Origin: Candidatus Cloacimonadales bacterium
GTDB lineage: Bacteria; Cloacimonadota; Cloacimonadia; Cloacimonadales; JAIOQZ01
Direction: 5' to 3'
Assembly (NCBI GenBank): GCA_963662655.2
Contig: CAXXTU010000002.1
Coordinates: forward strand, 1,152,001-1,216,000
DNA: 64,000 nucleotides
Position numbers and translations under genes: made by a program. Below are positions 12,124 through 21,873 of this stretch, in pieces (positions within the stretch are counted from its first letter, which is position 1; each line of letters begins with the position of its first letter). The notes under the pieces are model-generated. The model was given only the letters and a program-made list of their open reading frames with translations, made no database searches and had not been told where the DNA came from.

Positions 12124-13215
12124 CTACTCTTCGGGCGCATTGAAGCGACCGTATATCTTGTAATCGCAATACTTGCAGCAGCCATTCACAATGTCCACGC
12201 GATTGATCCGGTATCCGCTGCGATCGATAAGAAGGCGCCCACAATTGGGGCAATACGTGTCCTCTTTGTCCGTCTGCAAATTACCGAGATAGACATAGTG
12301 CAATCCCTCTTCCTTAGCGATCGTATAGGCCATCTCGAGTGTATTGACCGGAGTTGCGGGACGATTCATCAAGCGGTAGTTGGGAAAGAACCGGCTTAAG
12401 TGCAGCGGGAACTCGGGCCCAACCTCCTCGATCATCCACCTACACATCTCCCGGATCGTCTCGGGATCGTCGTTCGCAGTCGGAATGATCAGATTTGTGA
12501 TCTCCATTTCGATTCCAGATTGCGCGCATTGTATTATTGTTCTGAGAACCGGCTGAAGGCTTCCCGTGGTATAGGTCGTATAAAAATCTTCGGAGAAGCC
12601 CTTTAGATCGATGTTGGCGGCGTCCAGATAGGGCAGCAGCATTTTCAGCGGCTCCTCGTTGATATATCCGCAAGATACCCACACAGTCTTCAGGCCGGCT
12701 TCCTTTGCAAGCTTTGCAATATCGAGCATGTACTCGTAGTAGACCGTTGGTTCCGTGTAGGTAAATGCAATGCTTCGGCAATCGTTCTCTCTTGCCAACT
12801 CGATAATCTCGCAAGGCTGCGCGGGACGGTCACGGAGCTCGTCAGGAGCTGATTGCGATATTTCCCAATTCTGGCAGAAATTGCAGCGCAGGTTGCATCC
12901 TGCCGTGGCCAGCGAAAGAATCTTTGTCCCCGGCAGGAAATGGAAGAGCGGTTTCTTCTCGATGGGATCCACGTGGATGGCTACCGGTCGGGCATAGTTG
13001 GTTGCATACAGTTTGCCGTCGATGTTTTTGCGTACCCGACATGTTCCCGATTTCCCTTTGGCAATCGTGCATCGCAATGGACACAGGTTGCATCGAACCT
13101 GCCTGCCATCGAGCTTTTCGTAAAACATCGCTTCACGGACGGGAACACTCTTGGCTCCAATGAGTAGCGTGAGAAGTAAACTCATGATCAGCCAGATTCT
13201 TACGCGAGCTTTCAT
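12124..13215 (-). CDS. amrS: AmmeMemoRadiSam radical SAM enzyme
   Basis: CNLCPLRC...GTCRVR, DPIEKKPLFHF, CNLRCNFCQNWEISQ, FTYTEP, C-terminal CPNCG/CKYC. Confidence 0.95.
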   Translation of the reverse strand: MKARVRIWLIMSLLLTLLIGAKSVPVREAMFYEKLDGRQVRCNLCPLRCTIAKGKSGTCRVRKNIDGKLYATNYARPVAIHVDPIEKKPLFHFLPGTKILSLATAGCNLRCNFCQNWEISQSAPDELRDRPAQPCEIIELARENDCRSIAFTYTEPTVYYEYMLDIAKLAKEAGLKTVWVSCGYINEEPLKMLLPYLDAANIDLKGFSEDFYTTYTTGSLQPVLRTIIQCAQSGIEMEITNLIIPTANDDPETIREMCRWMIEEVGPEFPLHLSRFFPNYRLMNRPATPVNTLEMAYTIAKEEGLHYVYLGNLQTDKEDTYCPNCGRLLIDRSGYRINRVDIVNGCCKYCDYKIYGRFNAPEE

Positions 13216-13275
13216 ATCGGCCTCCCGTCATGATAATGATCGTCCGCAGTTCCATGTCAAGGTTTTGCCTTTCAG

Positions 13276-13439
13276 TCTTTTCCAGCGAGGGGAACTGCCG
13301 CTCGTTCAAGAATATCATCCAAGCCCCTGGATGCATACGTATGCATCCAGGGGCTTCGTGCGCGAAGCGCACGCGCCGCCCCGCCGCGCGAGCGTGCTCA
13401 GCAGACTCCAGGTTTCGTGGCTTCCCTCGCTGGAAAAGA
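13276..13439. repeat. REP-like multi-stem element, family B, copy 2
   Basis: 16-bp outer inverted repeat 13276-13291/13424-13439; perfect 36-bp palindrome 13321-13356; GTGCGCGAAGCGCAC-GCGCCGCCCCGCCGCGC at 13358-13389. Confidence 0.8.
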
Positions 13440-13512
13440 AAAAGAGCGCCCGAGATGGACGCTCTCCTAGTGCTTTAGCAAGCCGTGCGTTCAACAAGCA
13501 CTCCAACGCGAT

Positions 13513-16500
13513 TTATTTCAATAACAGCATCTTCTTTGTAGATGTGTAACGTCCGGCTTTCATCCGGTATAAATAAACGCCCGACGCGCATTGACTTCCT
13601 TTCTCGTCCAGGCCGTTCCATACGATCCGGTAATTACCTTCCGCCATCACTTCATTACAGAGGGTTTGTACCTTCTGACCGCGGGTGTTGAATATCTCCA
13701 GCGCTACTTTCTCCGACTGCGCGATCGAGAAACGAATCTCTGTCTCGGGTTGAAGGGATTTGGAGAATTCTGCATCAGCATCGACGTCGTTGGCACTGGG
13801 ATATCTTCCTCGGAAGTGCCCATGACCACGCCAAACCAGTCCAGCACATCCTCGATCATCTCCTCGCGCACATCGTCCGAAGTGACCTGCGACAAATCGA
13901 AGGAGAAGTAGAATCCCTTGTAAATGAAGTTATCGATCCACGTTGCACACACGCCGTGATAGAGGTACGCCTGACCGTTAATCGGGCCGTCCTCGAACAT
14001 GTACGCGTTATGCGAACCGATCTCGGGATTCTGAACAACATCCTCGTACCAGCTCGGGCACGCATCCTTCTCGAAGAGACAGTCGGGAGTATTTGCGTAA
14101 ACCGATATCTCGTCCCCCTCGTTGCCAACCGGCGAATCGTCGAGGCAGACAATCGATCCGTTGGCGTAACCAATGTAGTCCGGACCGGCCAGACCGTTTG
14201 TTCCGCCACCGATTCCCGTTCCGATGTAGGATGTGCGGAAATACGCCGTCAGGAGAAGTTTGCGCGGATCGCTGTTCGGAGTTCCGCTTTGTGAATAGGC
14301 AAAGTTGTCGGAAGCAAAATATACGTTCTTCGGCTCATTGGCCGTTCCCGAATCCATAAACTCAACCAGCGCGGTTGAAAGCGTGTCGCTGTCCTCTCCG
14401 GGAGAACCGGAATTCGCGAAAGCGATAATGCTGGTGTATTGTGCCGGGAAGCGGTATGACTCGTATTCCTGCCAGTCGTAGATATCGTAATCGACCTCGA
14501 GGTTGTCCAGGATATCGATGTAAACCGGCAGCTCGACATGCTCGTAATCCTGCGATCCCGAATACGCCAGCAGCACCTTTGTTTCTGAGGTTGGCAATGT
14601 TGTGAGCGAGAACACATCATCCGGAGCGCCGCAAGGAAGCGTCGAAGCATTGCCCAGTTCGTCTGTAGCGCTGAAGTAGTACTCGAAGGTCAATCCCGAA
14701 CCAATCTCCTGCACCGTGAAATGATGAAGATTGCCCTGTACGTCGTCCGGCGAAACCGTTTCCCATTCGCCGTCGTAGCGATAGTGCAGGTTCGCTGAAT
14801 CGATCGCGGACATATCGACGATGTTCGCTTCGAACTCGATTGTCGAATTGAATGTGTTGCTCAATTCCTCATGAACGATAACCGGTGGCTGGACATCTTC
14901 TCCCGGGTAGAAGCGTATCGCCAGTTCGTTGTGCGGAAGGTTCCCTTCCGGCTCGAACCCCTGCCAGACGCTTCCCGAGACCAGCTCTCGCAGATAGCAC
15001 AAGCCAATATCGGCTGTCTCATTCTGGATCGCGATGGTCGAGCTCTGTCCGTAATTATGGGGAGCGTTTGTTCCTGTCTGGCCGGTTGCTACATTTTGGT
15101 ATTGCATCAGGATATCGCCACTCTCGTAAAGGATCACTTCGAAATTCAGATAGTCTTGCAAGCCCGTTCCCGAATGAAAACGGAAATCGTGCCACTGAAT
15201 CACGCAGTAACGATTGGGAGCGACGCCAAAGGTCTCGTAGTAGATGTCTCCCACTCCTTCATCCGCTTCCAAGTCATCCCAGTAAACGGAGATAAGGGCC
15301 GGCATCTGCGAATACCCGGGGATTGGGTAGGTCCAATTGAACACGTTGCCGTCGTTGCCCCAGCCATTGTTCGGATAATCCTGATACCATGTGTTGTCGG
15401 CAAGGAGCATTTCACCGTTGGTGTCCACGTAAAACGTTTCGTACGTCGATCCGTAAAACGGAAATCCGAAGCCGAACTCGATGGGAGCGGACATGTTGTC
15501 GTCGCCATAAAAGGCGTTCACACCATACATTATCGCGGAAGACCCAGTCGAAGAGATATCGATCCAGTTGTACTCGGGCCCGTCTTCCGTTTCGCTATCG
15601 ATCCAAGAATAACCAAAATCGTCCGGTCCGCCTTCCCCGTAATGCTGGGCAACGATGAATTCCGCAGAAATTTCGTTATTGCTCTCGTCGCCGTCCTCGA
15701 GATCGATCGTGAACGTTATCTCGTAATTGCCTTCCATATCCGGCGTACAGGCAACCGGGAAAGTGTACTCGATCGCCTCTCCCGCTCCGATCGTTTGCTC
15801 GCAAGTAGCCGTCTCTTCATAGAAGACTTCCTCTTGTGAATCGATTATCTGGCAGCTTACGTCGAATGAACTCGACATAGCGCCCGTGCCGTCATTGTAT
15901 ATGGAAAACGTGGGATTGATCTCAAGATCGAGATAGGTCATGACCATTGGGACAACCGTGCCCTGGGCTATCAGATCGATTTCCGGAGCTTGCTCCACGA
16001 TCACTTGCACTTCGTCGCTTGCAGACGAATTCTCATTCGTGATCGTGAATGTCAGCGTCTCCGTTCCAAACCAGTCAGGCGAAGAAAACGCGACATCGTA
16101 ATCTTCAATGGATACGCCGATATTGTTGTTCCCGGAAACGGTGAGTTCCGCATTATCGGGTTGCGCATTGTTTACATAAGGAAGAAAATCGACCGTCAAT
16201 CCTTCTCCCTGTACAAAGGCAAAGTTTTCCGGTAAATCGATCTCCGGCTCCACATTGCCGATCGATCCCACGAACACGTCGTCAATCACGATTCCGTACG
16301 TGTCGCACTCCCACATAAAAGCGAGGTATACGTCCTGATTGACGTAATCCTCCAGGGAAATGCTGTATCGCTGGTATGTCGGATCCAGCTCGTCCGTATC
16401 CAGCAATGTGTAATCAAAATCGTTTATTTGCGGATCTTCGTTGGAAAGAAGAACCTGCAAGTTTTCCGAACTGAACCAGGATCGCGCGTAGAAATGTAAC

Positions 16501-16769
16501 GAATCCCCCTCTTCAACCGTGAATTGGGTGGTAATCAACCAGTCTACGCTCTCGTTCGGGAAGTAATTCTCACAGAACATCGCATGCGAACCGCCATGAG
16601 CGTAAGGCTCGTTATCGATAACATGCCACTCGCGTCCATCGCCATCATCGTCGATGACGATCCATCCTGTCGGCGTCGTTCCCGATTCGAAATCCTCATG
16701 GATCTCCCAATCTGCAAACGCCATTCCTGTCAATGCGATCAGAAACATCGCAAATAAAATCTTCTTCAT
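13513..16769 (-). CDS. Large secreted protein: cleaved-adhesin-like N-domain, Ig/CARDB-like domains, C-terminal FlgD-Ig tail; frameshift near 13748
   Basis: Signal peptide; EDFESG..PTGW.VID.DGDG..W; after NSPNPFNP the -1 frame continues ETEIRFSI...IFNTRGQKV...WNGLDEKG...SGVYLYRM...KKMLLLK* to 13513. Confidence 0.8.
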
Positions 16770-16787
16770 CTCAGCCTCCTGCGTAAT

Positions 16788-18152
16788 CTACTCCAGTGTT
16801 ATGGTCGGTGAATCAAAATTGACCGTCCATTCCAGATCACCCTTCACCGAACCTCCAAAAGAAACGTTCTCACCCCAATAAATCGAAAAAGCGCTTGGCG
16901 CTTTATGCTGAAGCGACGAATCGATCGCTCCGCCTCCCAAGCTGTAATTGGTGTTGATACAAATCAACGCAACTTCGCCACCCTGGGGGCCTCCCGCTGC
17001 AATCGCCTTTTCGATTAACTCTCTGTTGTCCGCATCGTAATCAACGACCCTGTTGTCCCGAATCGTCATCCTCAGGTTGTGAATATGCTCGCCGAACGCC
17101 TGGCCGACCTTTGCCTGAATCGTCCCGTTCAGGGTCCCGGGACGAGGGAGCACAAGCACCTTGCCACCCGGAAGGTTGATGATCGGGCTCTGGCGAGGAC
17201 TGTCTCCGAACGACCCGTACTCGCACACGACCCTGTCGATCTCGAAATCCAGCGTCGAGCCGTTCTCTTTGATCCTCATGACATTGTGATCGAGCAAGTT
17301 GCTTCCGACAGCGTCCGTCGCCTCGTAGAGCTGAGCATAGTCGATATCGAGCGCTTTCCAGAAGCGGATTTCGGAGATGATATCGCTCTCGTGAAGCGTC
17401 TCCTTCATCAGCCCCGGCATGATGGCCACCCGGATTTTGTTGCGCGCAATGATTTCGCGACTCTTCTCGAATCCACGGGCTCGGATCGCCATGCGCTCCT
17501 CGCCCTCCATCGGGATGTAACGCGCCTCGCCGTTGAGGTTCAGGAACACGTTGTGATTCTGGAGAAGCGAGTTGAATCGCTCGTAATCATGCGTGAGTGC
17601 GGACAATGAAAATTCGCTGTTTTTCGTTTTGATAAATTCAGCATGCTGGTAGATTACCGTTGTGTCGATCTGTCGCCGCCCCGCTTCCACTAGTAGTTTC
17701 TCCACCAGCGGCATGTTGTACTTTCCGGTGGTGACAAGCAGGCTCTCTCTCGGGCGAAGACGCAGGCAGTCGTTCAGAAGCTTCACAGCGAGGAAATCGA
17801 GATTGATACCGTAATTCTCCTTCAGAATCGCGTTGAGGAGCTCGCGGCTGTTCATCGGACCCGATACGGTATTCTTTCCTAGCGAGAAATCGATCACGTA
17901 GTTCAATGCACACGCGCGATAGTATTTTTCCTTGTTGTTGGCGGCGGTGTCGTCCTCGATGCGTATGAGCCCCTCGTTCTGCAATCCCTTAAGATTGTAA
18001 TGAACCTTTTGCTTGCTAACGCCGAGGATGTCGGCCAATTGCTGGCATGTAGCCGGATTCAGGATCAGTTCATTCAGGATTCGAAACTTGATGTCCGATC
18101 CCAGTTCCTTGATCTGCGTGTGCTTGTTGATGATGAAAACGTTCTCAATCAT
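16788..18152 (-). CDS. ArsR-type winged-HTH regulator fused to a degenerate M29-like aminopeptidase domain
   Basis: RILNEL...TCQQLADILGVSKQKVHYNLKGL...EKYYRA; C-terminal CLRLRPRESLLV, INLPGGKV, IYWGEN..FGG. Confidence 0.7.
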   Translation of the reverse strand: MIENVFIINKHTQIKELGSDIKFRILNELILNPATCQQLADILGVSKQKVHYNLKGLQNEGLIRIEDDTAANNKEKYYRACALNYVIDFSLGKNTVSGPMNSRELLNAILKENYGINLDFLAVKLLNDCLRLRPRESLLVTTGKYNMPLVEKLLVEAGRRQIDTTVIYQHAEFIKTKNSEFSLSALTHDYERFNSLLQNHNVFLNLNGEARYIPMEGEERMAIRARGFEKSREIIARNKIRVAIMPGLMKETLHESDIISEIRFWKALDIDYAQLYEATDAVGSNLLDHNVMRIKENGSTLDFEIDRVVCEYGSFGDSPRQSPIINLPGGKVLVLPRPGTLNGTIQAKVGQAFGEHIHNLRMTIRDNRVVDYDADNRELIEKAIAAGGPQGGEVALICINTNYSLGGGAIDSSLQHKAPSAFSIYWGENVSFGGSVKGDLEWTVNFDSPTITLE

Positions 18153-18255
18153 TCCCGCTCCTTCACTTTACGAATTATTCAAAACGAATATACGAGCAGA
18201 CGATTCGCAAGTCAAACGAATAATCTGTGTTCATTTTCACAATCGCCACCAAATA

Positions 18256-18477
18256 AGTCAAGAAATTTTTGACTAATCATCTCCAAATATGATACCAATT
18301 ATCCCGTCGCAAGAAGCCGGGATACGCTCCGGATAAAGCATTATATAATATAATGCTATATGCCCATCAGTAAAAAGTTCTCATCAAGCACCTTTTCTTG
18401 TCAATTTTTACTTTACCGAAAATCGCATGTCGACGAGTCCGCACAAATTCTTTTATGTTGGTCAAAAAAATATTGAC
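18256..18477. promoter_or_regulatory. Three GTCAA-N7-TTGAC operator-like sites plus a 21-bp palindrome in the divergent promoter region
   Basis: AGTCAA-N7-TTGACT 18256-18274; GTCAA-N7-TTTAC 18400-18416; GTCAA-N7-TTGAC 18461-18477; AGCATTATAT-A-ATATAATGCT 18337-18357. Confidence 0.6.
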
Positions 18478-18538
18478 AGAATTTTTGCAGCAAGTACCAA
18501 TCGGGCTCATGAAGATTATTCCATAAAGGAGGTTCATA

Positions 18539-21500
18539 ATGCGGAACGTAATCATAGGTATTTTCTTGTTCATCGCAATCAGCGCGTGGGCATCATCCTC
18601 AGACTACGTATTCTCTGTCGATTCAGCAACTTATACGGAGATCGCCGGCACGCATCTCGTTGGTGAGGGCGTTACCAGCACAACCGCCTCAGGCATCAAT
18701 ATCGGCTTCGACTTCATGTACAACGGTGAGGTTTTCACGCAGTTCGGAGCTTGCTCCAACGGATTCCTGATCATGGGAGACGGAACGACCAGCTCTCGAA
18801 GCAACGACCTCTCCAGCACCTTCATTTATCCGCTCATCTGCCCACTTTGGGACTATCAGAGGGTCGGATACGACACCGGAGAGATTTCATACGTCCTGGA
18901 GGGCGCAGCGCCCAATCGCATCCTCAAGGTTCAGTTCTACAACATGTACTGGTACAAAAGCATGGAACCGTACAACATCGTGAACTACCAGGTATGGCTC
19001 TACGAGACATCCAACAACATCGAATTTCACTATGGCTCCTTCGGCACAGCGCCGGGTGGAACCGCCAGCGCGTCCATCGGCATGAACATGCGCCAGAACG
19101 GCGAAACGCAGTTCGTCAGTATAACACCTGGCGATCCGGCCACGGCAAGCACGACAACCGACAACGACAACATCGGAGCAAGTGAAGCCGGCTACTTCTT
19201 CAACGGCATGGTTTACCGTTTCGCCTACAATCCGGCGAACCAGGTCATCAACTCCGCGGTTGTCACGCAAGCCAGTTCGGCTGGAGTTGAACTCGGAGCG
19301 GACAATCAACAGCTTCTTCGCATCGACGTCAACACGACCAACTCCGGCAATCCATACAGCGTAAACGGACTCACCTTCACAAACAGCGGAACCCTCACCA
19401 ATGGAACCGCGCGCATCTATTACACCGGCTCATCGAGCTCATTCTCGTCAGCCAATGCGCTGGGCGATTCCTACACGTTTACCTCGACAGGCGAAAGCCT
19501 CGCGTTCACCTTCTCTCAGGAGCTCATCGACGGCAGCAACTACTTCTGGCTGGCGTACGATATCCGGGGGGATTACGCATACCTGAACATGACTGCCGAC
19601 GCGATCGCCACCGCGATCGACATCCCCGGTGACGCGACTGTGCTCACGACCCCCGATCCCGAAGGATCGAGGCTCGTGGACGACACAACCGCTCCCGCGA
19701 TTAGCTACAGCAATCTCTCATCTCCCTACAACACAGACGACCGCACGCTGTCCGGCGTAACCATCACCGAGGCGGTCAGCATGAACGTCACGCCGCGCAT
19801 GTATTACAAGAAAAGCGCTAACGCAGACGCATTCGGCTCCTACCCCGAAGACAACGCTGCCACATTCGACGGATGGAAATTCGCTGAGGGCTCATATATC
19901 GGCAGCGCCTGGAGCTTCGATCTGGATGTCGATTTGATATTCGGCGGACTCACCGACGGCGACGTCGTTCAATACTTCGTCGTGGCGCAGGACGACAAAC
20001 CGGGTTCTCCGAACGTGGCTTCGCGCCCCGAAGGTTTTGAAGGAACGGTTACCGCGCCAACGACAGCGCCTTATTTCAGCTCGACATACAACATCATCCT
20101 TCCGCTCGCGGGTGACTATTACGTTGGGCCAGCCGAAGCCATAACCAGCCTTTTCGATTTCTTCGCCTACGCAGAAGCGCGCGGCATCGGCGGAGACGCC
20201 ACCATCTGGTTCACCGGCGACATTGAAGAGCCGGACAACGCCGAGCTCGATACGCTCGACGAGTACGGCGCAGGTGGCTGGACCATCTCGATCAAGCCGG
20301 TTCCGGGAACACCCGTCACCATTACAGGTGACTTCTCGGGATCGATGGTTGTAATCGACGCTGTGGACAACGTCGTGATCGACGGCGGAGAGAACATGGA
20401 GCTCACATTCGCTCCCTTGTACTACCGCGCACGCTGCCTCGAATTGAAAGACAGGACATCCAACACCGTTATCAAGAATTGTAACTTCTTCATCCAGAAC
20501 GAGTCGATCAACTCAAGCGCTTACGGCATCTACAACAGCAATGGAGGACTCACCGATATCCTGATCGACAACGTCAATATCCATTCCTGCGGTTACGGCA
20601 TCTACTTCGCCGGCAGCTCGCTCGATTACAGCCATAACATAACGATCCGCAACAGCCGCATCGGGAGCGACACCGAAGCCGAGTACTTCCTCGTCGAACC
20701 GGTCTACGTTCGTTATGTGGACAATCTGACCATTACCGGAAACGACATCGGAGGCTCTCTCTCGGACTCCTGGGCTCCGCGCGGCGTTGACCTCTACTTC
20801 GTCACCAACGCCGATGTGACATCGAACATGGTCCACGACATCATCTATTCAGGCTCGATGGGCATGGCTGCAAATGGAATCTTCGTCAGCAACCTCACCG
20901 GATCGAATCCGAACATCAACATCCACAACAACATGATCTGGCATTTCGGCGGCGATTGCGACCGGCCAACGTACGCTCCTGCCGGCATCCGCATCAACGG
21001 CGACTCCGTTGGCGGCATTTCGATCTGCTACAACACCGTTTACCTGCCGGCCGACGACGTCTACGGAATGGGAGATTACGACGACGACTTCACATTCAGC
21101 ACAGGCATCATGATCGATAACGGCTCCGGCATCTGCCCCACCGGAATCACCATGAAGAACAACATCTTCGATAACCGGCTCGGCGAGCGCACCGGCATCG
21201 ATCTCCCGACATACGCGACAGCCGTCTACGTTCGCAGCACGGGAACATTTGCCAATCCGTTCAGCGATATCTCGAACAACCTCTATTACACCGCCAATGC
21301 GGACAACAACGTCATCGCACTGCACTTCGATAACGACGCGACCTACAACTGGTACGCAACGCTCGCAGAATGGACGACCGCAACCGGTGAGACCGGAGCA
21401 GTTAACGCCGACCCGCTCTACGACGAAGCCAGCATACCGCACCTGCTCAACACCTCACCGGCCATCGGAGCCGGCGTTGCGATCCCGGAAATCACCACCG

Positions 21501-21775
21501 ACATCGATGGCGACCTCCGCAGCGATCCGCCATGTATCGGCGCAGACGAGCGTGGCGGTTTCGTTCTGCTCGCTCCGACAAACATCACAATGACTCAAAC
21601 AGGCGAATTGTTCACGATATCCTGGAACGAAGTTCCCGGCGCCCTCGGATACAATATCTATTGGTCCGACGCACCGGATGGGGAATATTCGCACTTCTGG
21701 TACACGACCGGAACCTGGATCAGCACATCTCCAGATAGTTCGATGAAGTATTTCAGGGTAACTGCTACACAATAG
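18539..21775 (+). CDS. Large secreted protein with parallel beta-helix repeats and FN3-like C-terminal domain
   Basis: RBS AAGGAGG; signal peptide; repeated YGIY/ITGNDI/IHNNMI/ICYNTV/MKNNIF; SPAIGAG..I..ITTDIDGDLR...CIGADE. Confidence 0.75.
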   Translation: MRNVIIGIFLFIAISAWASSSDYVFSVDSATYTEIAGTHLVGEGVTSTTASGINIGFDFMYNGEVFTQFGACSNGFLIMGDGTTSSRSNDLSSTFIYPLICPLWDYQRVGYDTGEISYVLEGAAPNRILKVQFYNMYWYKSMEPYNIVNYQVWLYETSNNIEFHYGSFGTAPGGTASASIGMNMRQNGETQFVSITPGDPATASTTTDNDNIGASEAGYFFNGMVYRFAYNPANQVINSAVVTQASSAGVELGADNQQLLRIDVNTTNSGNPYSVNGLTFTNSGTLTNGTARIYYTGSSSSFSSANALGDSYTFTSTGESLAFTFSQELIDGSNYFWLAYDIRGDYAYLNMTADAIATAIDIPGDATVLTTPDPEGSRLVDDTTAPAISYSNLSSPYNTDDRTLSGVTITEAVSMNVTPRMYYKKSANADAFGSYPEDNAATFDGWKFAEGSYIGSAWSFDLDVDLIFGGLTDGDVVQYFVVAQDDKPGSPNVASRPEGFEGTVTAPTTAPYFSSTYNIILPLAGDYYVGPAEAITSLFDFFAYAEARGIGGDATIWFTGDIEEPDNAELDTLDEYGAGGWTISIKPVPGTPVTITGDFSGSMVVIDAVDNVVIDGGENMELTFAPLYYRARCLELKDRTSNTVIKNCNFFIQNESINSSAYGIYNSNGGLTDILIDNVNIHSCGYGIYFAGSSLDYSHNITIRNSRIGSDTEAEYFLVEPVYVRYVDNLTITGNDIGGSLSDSWAPRGVDLYFVTNADVTSNMVHDIIYSGSMGMAANGIFVSNLTGSNPNINIHNNMIWHFGGDCDRPTYAPAGIRINGDSVGGISICYNTVYLPADDVYGMGDYDDDFTFSTGIMIDNGSGICPTGITMKNNIFDNRLGERTGIDLPTYATAVYVRSTGTFANPFSDISNNLYYTANADNNVIALHFDNDATYNWYATLAEWTTATGETGAVNADPLYDEASIPHLLNTSPAIGAGVAIPEITTDIDGDLRSDPPCIGADERGGFVLLAPTNITMTQTGELFTISWNEVPGALGYNIYWSDAPDGEYSHFWYTTGTWISTSPDSSMKYFRVTATQ

Positions 21776-21826
21776 TATGCCAAAAAGAAGTCAGTATTAA
21801 ATTCCCCGTGTAGTTGACCCAAAAAT

Positions 21827-21858
21827 AAATCCCCCGGAGAACCTTCTCCGGGGGATTT
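21827..21858. terminator. Bidirectional intrinsic terminator
   Basis: AAATCCCCCGGAGA-ACCT-TCTCCGGGGGATTT between convergent genes. Confidence 0.85.
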
Positions 21859-21873
21859 TCCTTATTGAAAAAA

